Shown here: piece after piece, positions 56,334 through 64,000 of the stretch
Layout: each line of letters begins with the position of its first letter
Numbering within the stretch: the stretch's first letter is position 1
Assembly: GCA_964496365.1 (NCBI GenBank)
Contig: CAZBZK010000002.1
Span: 1,604 to 65,603 of the forward strand
Source of the DNA: an uncultured bacterium
Lineage (GTDB): Bacteria > Fidelibacterota > Marinisomatia > Marinisomatales > AB-629-J13
DNA length: 64,000 nt
Reading direction: 5' to 3'
Notes under the pieces: model-generated
Seen by the model: the letters and a program-made list of their open reading frames with translations, nothing else
Database searches by the model: none
What the model was told of the DNA's origin: nothing
Position numbers and translations under genes: made by a program

Positions 56334-59300
56334 CTATTTCAATAAAATCATTTTCCGAGTCTCAAAATAAGACTCTGTTTTTATTTGGTAGAAATAAATT
56401 CCACCTCCTACCATTAATCCTCTTTGATCCTTTCCGTCCCATTTCACGGATTTATACCCTGCTTTCATTTCCTCATTCACTAATGTAATCACTTCTTTTC
56501 CTAACATATCAAAAATGGTAAGGTTTATCATATCATCCTTCGGTAGGTTATAAAGAATAGTCGTCATAGAGTTAAATGGATTTGGGTAATTTTGAATCAA
56601 TGCAAATTGATCCGGAATCTCTCTAAATTTTAATTGCAATTCTTTCCATTCCATTCCCCCGGTAAACCTAATTTCCACAGGGTCAGATTCATAGGTTTCA
56701 TACATAAAAATCAGAGGTTCATTATATTGAGCTCCATCGATTTCAGATGTTGTGAGATCATCGCCATATACGGCTCCTGTACGTAGTTTTCCATCTTCTA
56801 ATAATTCCATTTCACCTACCAACAGTCCATTGGGGGATAAAACATTTATCTTATCACCCAATGTAAACTCGAGGTTTTCAAATACTGCTTGTCCGTTTAT
56901 AAACATGAAATTATTCGTTTTTATAATGTCAGGATTTACATTTAGAACCATTTGTTTTGCCAATAGACCGGATGGGATTGAATATTCAAAATTTTCAACT
57001 TCTTCATCCACTTTGATAGCGTAACCATGTCCATTTTCCAATGCAGTGAGTGTATTGAGTTCTGGATCACCTGTCGGATTATAAAAAGTAGCTCCCCCTT
57101 CCCCAAATCCTGTTACAAAAACCAAATTGCTGTCAGCTAATAATTCGATAAACGCTTCATCAGGCGTCATATTTTGTTCATACCAATATCCTAAAATACT
57201 CCAACCTTCCATTAAATGTATTGCGTGATCTGGAACTATTGGAAATCCCAATTGACTAATTGGTGATGGGTCAGTGACTTTTACCCAATATCCCCTTCCG
57301 GTTTCAATCGACACCAATGTGTTCAATGAAGGAGATCCAAAAGGATTAAAGAAATTTGATCCATATTGGTCAAAACCAGTTATGAAAATCAAATTCTCAT
57401 TTAATATTTGTTCCTCAAAAATTATTTGAGGATGCTCTTCTTCAATGTCTATATCAAATGACATAAGATTCCATCCTGAATGTAAATCTACTATGTCTTC
57501 TTTTTCCAAATTGGTGACGAAAATAACCAAAGAATCTGTAACCTCTACGTTGCTGGAATCTGTTACCGTAAGAAAAATTAAATATTCTGTATTCAAATAG
57601 ACGTCAGGAGCTAAAAAGAATGTGTTCGAAATCTCAGGATTGTTGAAAACAATTTCGTCATGTTCGGATGACCATAAATAAGAAACCTCTCCCTCGACAT
57701 CGTAACCATATCCATCCAAATTGACTTCTTCACCTTCATTTACAATCAAATCTGTACCTGCATCTACAATGGGTAAGTCATTCACTGGCTCTACCTCTAT
57801 GGATATAGATTGTGAGAACATACCGCCATTTCCATCATCAGCATACACATCAATTATTATAAACCCACTGCTATCCGAGACTGAATTGAAGATGACTGTG
57901 CCTGATCCGGTATGCAATGATATATCAATCCACGAAATGTCATCTCCAGAATGACTGAATGTTAGCTCATCTCCGTCAATATCAAACGGATTCAAAATCA
58001 ATGCAAAATATGGTGTATCAAAATCCTCCAATAATGAAACTTGATTTATACTCAATTGAAACGTTGGTGGATCGTTGACAGGGATTACAGTCAACATAAA
58101 AGTTTCGCTTACGGATACAATTCCATCATCAACCGTTACTGTGATTCCCGTTGATCCATTCCAATTTGAAATTGGAACCATCAATAGCTCATTTTCGGTA
58201 AGACTAATATCAATTTGATCCGATTCACTTTCTGCAGTCATGATTAAGGAATCTCCATCGGAATCGGTTGTTTCAATCAAAAGCGTCAAGGTGGAGTCCT
58301 CAAAAATAGATTGATTGGGAATTGGATTAATCACAGGAGAATCATTTGTATTTATTACGGTAATAGAAAATAGTTGATGGACAATGGTATCACCATCCGT
58401 GGCACTTAAATCAACATTATGAATTCCAACATGTTCATTCTCAGGTATTCCGGTAATAATGAAACCAGCTTCAAATGTTAACCAATCAGGCAGGATGTTT
58501 ACTTCAAAAGATATTTCATCACCAATATCTTCGTCATTTGCAATCATCATGTAGGCATACAATTCATCTTCATTGACTTCTGTAACAGGAATACTCGTAA
58601 ATACGGGCGGATCATTGGTATTCATCACAGTAATTGTAAATGACTGCTCCACAATCTCGACTCCATCAGAGACGGTTAAAATGACCGGAAAATCACCTAC
58701 ATTTTCATTCAGCGGAATTCCACTAATCTCTTGAATTCCATCATAAGTTAACCATTCGGGACTAGAAATAACTCCATAGGTTAACACATCTTCTTCATCC
58801 ACATCGTTTGCAGAAAAGGAGTAGATATAAATTTGGTCCTCGATTGCTTCTAAAATCGGGTTACTGATAAACTCAGGAAAATCGTTTATGGGATTTACCA
58901 CAATTTCAACTTGGTCCGAATCTATGTCTCTTCCTTGAGAATCACTTACTGTAAAAATAATCTGTTCAGAACCATACCAATTTGGGGTGGCACTTATTTC
59001 AGCAATTAATCCATTTATTTCAATTAATAAATCAATATTGCCGGAGGCTGTCAATGTGAGTGTATCGAGGTCAACATCAATTATGTATTCACTTAAGTCC
59101 TGACTCATCCATTCGTCTTCGTTAAAACTAAACTGATCTGGAAGTTCAATGATAGGAGCATCATTAACAGGTGTAACCGTTAACTGAAACATAGTTGTAT
59201 CCATTAATTCTCCGTCATTCACAGAAACAAATATTTGAACGTTTCCGTTAAAATCCAATCCAGGAGCAATGGTCAATTCGTTCTCCATAATAGATAAGGA

Positions 59301-62300
59301 TAATGTATCGTCCGAAACCGAAGACCATGAATGAAATTCCAGTGTATCACTATCAATATCATTTGCAGTTATTACAGTAGTTACTGGTGTATCTTCAAGT
59401 GTAACTTGATTTTCTATTTGATTCATTATAGGTGGATCGTTCACAGGAATAATCGTAAGCATAAATTCATCTTCATCCGTTAAGAATCCATCATTTGCAG
59501 AAATAAATATATTGGCTTCACCAAAGGAATTTTCACTTGGAATGAGTATTAATTCATTCAAATTAAGTTGAAGCGTGACCAATTCAGGGTTGTCAGTGGA
59601 CGCTTCAAATGTAACATTATCTCCATCAACATCATTAGCAACAAGTTGAATGGTTAGAATCTCATCCTCATAGGTAAATTGGTTCCCTACCGAAATTATT
59701 TCTGGATTATCGTTTACTGGAGTAACAGTCACTATCATCGTATCTGAATCAACAGCTCTTCCCTGTAAATCATCAATGGTAAAAATAATTTGTTCATTCC
59801 CATTCCAATTTGGAGTTGCGGTCATATCCACCAAAAATCCGTCAATCGTAATTGTAATGTTTTCACTTTCGTTATAGTTGAGAATTAAATCATCTCCATC
59901 AATATCTGAAACAAACGATGAAAAGTCCTCAAAATGGGATTCGTCTTCCTGGAACGAAATCATCTCTGGCAATTCTATACTAGGGGCATCATTGACAGAT
60001 TCTATAGTGACCGTAAATATTTCACTATCGGTATATTGATTATCAGTCACCGAAACATTTACAATAACACTACCAAAATAATTTGTAGATGGTAATAACG
60101 TCAGTTCGTTTTCGATAATTTGAACCGAAAGGTTTTGAGGGGCATCACTCGAAGCCGAAAATTGCAGTTCATCTCCATCTACATCCAGTCCTTCCAGAGG
60201 AATAATCAAGGGCGTATCCTCAAGCATATCTTGGTCTCCGATGAAGCTAAGTTCTGGGGGATCATTTACAGGAATGACTATAATTTCTAAACTGTCCGTG
60301 GCTATAGCACGACCTTGAGAATCATTAACTGAAAACACAACCCATTCCGTCCCATTCCAATTTAATGCAGAACTGAAGGTTACAAAAAATCCATCAATAT
60401 TAACATTAACAAATGTTCCAGTTTCAGAACTAAGACTTAGACTATCTTCATCAACATCACTAAGATAACTGATGAAGTTTTCCGTTACACTTCCATCTTC
60501 AAGAAACTCAAATTGAGATGGTAAATCAATGGTAGGAGTATCATTCACCGGGATTACCGTCAAACTAAATACTTCACTATCTGTTAGGTCTCCATCGGAT
60601 ATGGTGACGTTGATATTAACCGTCCCATTGAAGTTCTCCGCCGGAGTCATAATCAAAATTGAGTCACTCATTTCAACAGATACAAATCCCGGATCTTCAC
60701 TAAAAGCTGTATAGGATAATTCATCATTTTCGATATCCATCCCGATGGTAACAACCGTTAATATTGAATCTTCTAAAACAGTCAAATTACCAATTGAATT
60801 TAGTATCGGTGCATCATTGATTGGATGTACCGTAACCAATAAACTATCGGAGCCAATGGCTCTCCCCTGAGCATCATCAACAATGAATACGACCATTTCA
60901 TTCCCAAACCAATTTAACGGTGTAGAAAAAGTGACTGAATAATCAGATATGACTACATCAACGTTTTCAGTACTCCCAAAATTTAAAGTGAGAAAATCTT
61001 CATCTTCATCGGTCAAATAATCCGAAAAATCGGATGTCAGAGATTGATCTTCATCAAAAGATAAACCATCCGGTAATTGGATAACCGGGGCATCATTGAC
61101 GGGAGTAACCGTTATTAAGAAAATTTCTGTATCTATAAATTCTCCATCGCTAACCGATACATTTATATTCACGTTTCCATTAAAATCTTCCGCTGGTGTT
61201 AATAAAAGATTGGAATCATCTACCGAAACGGATACAAAATTTGGATACTCACTCACCACAGAAAAAACCAATTCATCCCCGTCAATATCATTTGCTGAAA
61301 GCAGAATGGATAGAGGTGTATCTTCAGGAATTTCTTGGTCCTCAATTGGGTTTAAAACAGGGGCATCGTTGATTGGCAGAATATGAATTTCCAACTCTTC
61401 AAACACAGTATATTCCCCATCACTAACGCTAACCGATAAAATTATTGGAGTTACAGTAAAATAATTTTCAGTTATTGTCGTTAAGATTAAGGAACTCCCT
61501 GAAAATTCAGCAGACAAATTTGTGCTATCTGAGTTTGACTCAATATTGAATGTCATTTGAACAAGAGCTTGTTCTTCATCAGACACAAAATTTGCCATAT
61601 TTATACTATTTTCAGACCCACTATCCTCATTGATAGATAATGGAATTACATTGGACCACACTGGTGGGCTATTCGTTCCGCAAATAGTAACATTATTAGA
61701 AGAAACTGGTAATCCATTATCAATTCCATCGTGAGGTGTTACGACAGAGTACCATACTTCGTCACACTGTGTCACCGATGCGGGAATCAAAGTTGCATTA
61801 GAATATTCCACCATTTCCACCTGGTTATTATACCATTTTATTTGAGTGGTATCTTCAGAGTCATTTTCCACATCTATATAAGAATAAGTGACAGATAAAT
61901 CATCCGATTCCAAAGGTACAGCAGGGAAAATAGCAACATTTTGTGCCTCAGGTGGATCATTAACGGGATTCACAGTTAATTCAAATGATTCATTGTCTAT
62001 TAAAAATCCATCGCTGGCAGTAATATTAATATTTGCATTTCCATTCCAATTTTCATTGGGCGTAACTATTAACTCTGAGTCATTTATTTTTACGGTCAAA
62101 TTAGATTCAGTTGAAGACCCTTCGAAACTCAATAAATCACCATCCACATCTTCAGCCATGATTTGTAAAATAAAACTATTATCTTCATTTACAAATTGAT
62201 CTTCAATTGAAGAAATAGATGGAGGATCATTCACCGGAATGAGGGTAACCAATACCTGTTCATCTTCGCTTGCGGTTTCACCATCGTGAGCAAAATAACT

Positions 62301-64000
62301 GAAAGTGTCGATCCCATTGTAATTTTCATTTGGAGTATAAACTCCATCACTATATGAACCATTCATAGGTGGATCTGAAATACCAAACGTCAATTCATCT
62401 CCATCCACATCAACACCTGAAAATGTAATGGATAATGGTTCATCTTCATTTGTTGTCAATCGCATACTGGATATTTCTGGAGCATTGTTGACTGGAATAA
62501 CCGTTAGGTTAAAGGTGGTGGAATCCCATAGAAAATGATCGTTGACCGTTACGGTTATTTCAGATTGACCGTTCCAATTATCATCCGGCGTAAGGATCAA
62601 TTGATTAAAAACTATTTTAGTTGTGATATTTTCCTCCGAACTGAAAGCATCATAAAACAACTCATCTTCATCAACATCTTCTCCCAAAATTGGTAAAATT
62701 AATATTTGATTTTCATCCATTTCCTGAGCAGTAATTTCTGGGAGAGTTGGAGCATCATTCACAGGGGTAACCGTCACCGTCACGTCATCCGAAGCTGTGA
62801 TAAATCCACTACCATCGTCAACAGTAAAGATTACGACCTCTTCACCATTAAAATCTCTGGCGGCTGATATGGTAACCACCAATCCATCTATTTGAATGTT
62901 TATAAATTGATTTCCAATAGCATTTAACGTAAGTTCGTCACCATCAGCATCGTATACATAAATCGAAAAATCTTTTACAAAATTACTATCTTCCGGAAAA
63001 ACAAACCCATCTCTTAAATCTGTATCCGGTAAGTTAATGACAGGTAAGTCATTTGTCGGATTTACGGTTAAAATAAATGTTGTAGAATCTGTTAAAAAAT
63101 TATCAGACACAATTACAGTTATGTCGCCAGAACCGAACCAATCCTGCAAAGGAGTAACACGAAGGACATTTTGAATAATGTCAACAGTTAATTCCGGATT
63201 ATTGTTGTCGATCAGAATCGATAACTCATCACCATCATTATCTTCAAAATCCATAGAATATATAAGTTGTGTATCCTCGTTTATCTCTTGATTTTGAATC
63301 GCTTCAATAAATGGTGCATCATTCACAGGTAAAATATCTATGTTTACCGTTGATTGGTTTGAATACAATTCTCCATCAAATGCTTTGTAAGTGAGTGCGA
63401 CCTCCCCGTTATAATTTGGTTGAGGGGAGTAATTCCATGCCCAGGAGATATTTGGAGTTGAAATTAATTTTAATTGATTAATCGAAGGGTTCGAAAGCAT
63501 TACAGAATTTTGGGTAGTCATATCCACATCAATAAATATGCCATCAAAGGAATCCATTAACCTCCATTCTCCAAGAGAAGATAATTCACTCGCCTCCCAA
63601 CTGATGGTGATTGGATCACTTTCTGTAAATTGCAATTCGATTGTCCATTCATGGGGAAAAATATCCGATTGAGTACCTGCAACAATTTGTGAATAATAAA
63701 AGTCTCCATTCCATCCAATAGATGCATTTAACGATGGTAAAGGAGGTGTGGGTGGAGCATAAATATCAAATCCTTCATCGTAATCATCAGAAGCAAATGG
63801 CGAAAATCCAACAATAAGCTCTTGGGCATAATTATCTGAAGTTACACTTAGAAATGCTGAGAAATGGGGTCCTAAATCTCCAAAATCAGGTGGATTAATT
63901 AGCTCGTATTGCAATGAATCATTTTCTATATCTGAACCTGAGACCGGTATATATACTTGTTCATCTTCCAGACTCTGTAATGAAATATTGTCTGAAGAAG
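56334..64000 (-). CDS. Giant secreted tandem-repeat (cadherin-like / tandem-95-type, PVNDAP motif) protein with a T9SS C-terminal sorting domain; N-terminus lies beyond the window
   Basis: The track start at 63914 is a TTG. The frame stays open upstream to position 64000 (...SSDNISLQSLEDEQVYIPVSGSDIENDSLQYELINPP). There are 20 occurrences of the [PT][VIT]N[DN]xP repeat boundary. The C-terminus is FALIQNYPNPFNSMTTILYNL...GIYFYQIKTESYFETRKMILLK. Confidence 0.85.
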   Translation of the reverse strand, partial: SSDNISLQSLEDEQVYIPVSGSDIENDSLQYELINPPDFGDLGPHFSAFLSVTSDNYAQELIVGFSPFASDDYDEGFDIYAPPTPPLPSLNASIGWNGDFYYSQIVAGTQSDIFPHEWTIELQFTESDPITISWEASELSSLGEWRLMDSFDGIFIDVDMTTQNSVMLSNPSINQLKLISTPNISWAWNYSPQPNYNGEVALTYKAFDGELYSNQSTVNIDILPVNDAPFIEAIQNQEINEDTQLIYSMDFEDNDGDELSILIDNNNPELTVDIIQNVLRVTPLQDWFGSGDITVIVSDNFLTDSTTFILTVNPTNDLPVINLPDTDLRDGFVFPEDSNFVKDFSIYVYDADGDELTLNAIGNQFINIQIDGLVVTISAARDFNGEEVVIFTVDDGSGFITASDDVTVTVTPVNDAPTLPEITAQEMDENQILILPILGEDVDEDELFYDAFSSEENITTKIVFNQLILTPDDNWNGQSEITVTVNDHFLWDSTTFNLTVIPVNNAPEISSMRLTTNEDEPLSITFSGVDVDGDELTFGISDPPMNGSYSDGVYTPNENYNGIDTFSYFAHDGETASEDEQVLVTLIPVNDPPSISSIEDQFVNEDNSFILQIMAEDVDGDLLSFEGSSTESNLTVKINDSELIVTPNENWNGNANINITASDGFLIDNESFELTVNPVNDPPEAQNVAIFPAVPLESDDLSVTYSYIDVENDSEDTTQIKWYNNQVEMVEYSNATLIPASVTQCDEVWYSVVTPHDGIDNGLPVSSNNVTICGTNSPPVWSNVIPLSINEDSGSENSINMANFVSDEEQALVQMTFNIESNSDSTNLSAEFSGSSLILTTITENYFTVTPIILSVSVSDGEYTVFEELEIHILPINDAPVLNPIEDQEIPEDTPLSILLSANDIDGDELVFSVVSEYPNFVSVSVDDSNLLLTPAEDFNGNVNINVSVSDGEFIDTEIFLITVTPVNDAPVIQLPDGLSFDEDQSLTSDFSDYLTDEDEDFLTLNFGSTENVDVVISDYSVTFSTPLNWFGNEMVVFIVDDAQGRAIGSDSLLVTVHPINDAPILNSIGNLTVLEDSILTVVTIGMDIENDELSYTAFSEDPGFVSVEMSDSILIMTPAENFNGTVNINVTISDGDLTDSEVFSLTVIPVNDTPTIDLPSQFEFLEDGSVTENFISYLSDVDEDSLSLSSETGTFVNVNIDGFFVTFSSALNWNGTEWVVFSVNDSQGRAIATDSLEIIVIPVNDPPELSFIGDQDMLEDTPLIIPLEGLDVDGDELQFSASSDAPQNLSVQIIENELTLLPSTNYFGSVIVNVSVTDNQYTDSEIFTVTIESVNDAPSIELPEMISFQEDESHFEDFSSFVSDIDGDDLILNYNESENITITIDGFLVDMTATPNWNGNEQIIFTIDDLQGRAVDSDTMIVTVTPVNDNPEIISVGNQFTYEDEILTIQLVANDVDGDNVTFEASTDNPELVTLQLNLNELILIPSENSFGEANIFISANDGFLTDEDEFMLTIIPVNDPPIMNQIENQVTLEDTPVTTVITANDIDSDTLEFHSWSSVSDDTLSLSIMENELTIAPGLDFNGNVQIFVSVNDGELMDTTMFQLTVTPVNDAPIIELPDQFSFNEDEWMSQDLSEYIIDVDLDTLTLTASGNIDLLIEINGLIAEISATPNWYGSEQIIFTVSDSQGRDIDSDQVEIVVNPINDFPEFISNPILEAIEDQIYIYSFSANDVDEEDVLTYGVISSPEWLTYDGIQEISGIPLNENVGDFPVILTVSDGVEIVEQSFTITVMNTNDPPVFTSIPVTEVNEDELYAYMMIANDEDIGDEISFEVNILPDWLTFEAGFIITGIPENEHVGIHNVDLSATDGDTIVHQLFSITVINTNDSPVINPIPNQSIFEDSTLTLLIETTDSDGDSLIMTAESESDQIDISLTENELLMVPISNWNGSTGITVTVDDGIVSVSETFMLTVIPVNDPPTFQLSINQVSLLEDFDTPYFALILNPFDIDGDELTFSHSGDDISWIDISLHTGSGTVIFNSVSDSSGFIIIDVYADDGNGGMFSQSISIEVEPVNDLPIVDAGTDLIVNEGEEVNLDGYGYDVEGEVSYLWSSEHDEIVFNNPEISNTFFLAPDVYLNTEYLIFLTVTDSSNVEVTDSLVIFVTNLEKEDIVDLHSGWNLMSFDIDIEEEHPQIIFEEQILNENLIFITGFDQYGSNFFNPFGSPSLNTLVSIETGRGYWVKVTDPSPISQLGFPIVPDHAIHLMEGWSILGYWYEQNMTPDEAFIELLADSNLVFVTGFGEGGATFYNPTGDPELNTLTALENGHGYAIKVDEEVENFEYSIPSGLLAKQMVLNVNPDIIKTNNFMFINGQAVFENLEFTLGDKINVLSPNGLLVGEMELLEDGKLRTGAVYGDDLTTSEIDGAQYNEPLIFMYETYESDPVEIRFTGGMEWKELQLKFREIPDQFALIQNYPNPFNSMTTILYNLPKDDMINLTIFDMLGKEVITLVNEEMKAGYKSVKWDGKDQRGLMVGGGIYFYQIKTESYFETRKMILLK
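57690..63345 (-). repeat. Coding tandem array of ~95-105-aa modules (about 20 units, diverged at the DNA level)
   Basis: Repeat boundaries were read from the translation: ILPVNDAPFI, VNPTNDLPVI, VTPVNDAPTL, VIPVNNAPEI, LIPVNDPPSI, VNPVNDPPEA, ILPINDAPVL, VTPVNDAPVI, VHPINDAPIL, VIPVNDTPTI, VIPVNDPPEL, IESVNDAPSI, VTPVNDNPEI, IIPVNDPPIM, VTPVNDAPII, VNPINDFPEF, VMNTNDPPVF, VINTNDSPVI, VIPVNDPPTF, VEPVNDLPIV. Confidence 0.8.

Noticed and set aside
56752-62199. Plus-strand ORFs within the giant gene (56752..57024, 57721..57954, 60529..60714, 61096..61386, 61888..62199)
   Set aside because: They are Ser/Thr-rich antisense shadows of the repeat-coding strand.
57690-63345. Periodic repeats in the DNA of the giant gene as a possible CRISPR or satellite array
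   Set aside because: The periodicity is ~300 nt, lies in one long open frame, and is conserved at the protein level only. There are no short identical direct repeats with unique spacers.

Overview
This is a visibly AT-rich, very gene-dense bacterial chromosomal segment. It uses the standard genetic code (TAA and TGA both act as stops), and many neighbouring genes overlap by 1-4 nt. The gene content (T9SS C-terminal sorting domains, a Bat cluster, DUF4321) suggests a member of the FCB superphylum; this is inference only.

Layout:
(1) Positions 1-29488 form one uninterrupted minus-strand array. It contains a partial batD-batC-batB-batA cluster, tatA, DUF4321, pssA-psd, an HtrA-like protease, truA, lnt, ruvX, rel/spoT, dnaB, a family-4 UDG, rpoZ, gmk, yicC, an outer-membrane barrel candidate, mutS, selB-selA, an MFS transporter, and ffh-rpsP-KH-rimM-trmD-rplS.
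(2) After a 188-bp divergent gap comes a plus-strand block from 29677 to 49308. It holds a rodZ-like gene, a complete dcw cluster (mraZ-rsmH-ftsL-ftsI-murE-murF-mraY-murD-ftsW-murG-murC-murB-ftsQ-ftsA-ftsZ, with no ddl), a convergent rpmB, a GNAT gene and dusB.
(3) The right ~15 kb looks accessory. It contains a 1102-aa FG-GAP/ASPIC-type protein, an orphan 3' half of tRNA-Pro, a decayed T9SS-tail gene remnant, two tRNA-Ser genes, a small protein with an acidic tail, a DUF21-CBS transporter, a double SHOCT-like protein, a thioredoxin-fold lipoprotein, and a giant (>2550 aa, runs off the window) tandem-repeat T9SS cargo protein.

The most interesting call is the thioredoxin-fold lipoprotein gene at 55772-56293. 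It is interrupted by an in-frame TGA exactly at the first redox position (U-G-T-C), followed by a SECIS-like hairpin, and selA/selB are encoded in the same window. This makes it a candidate selenoprotein. No CRISPR arrays, IS elements, rRNA genes or recognisable defence systems were seen.
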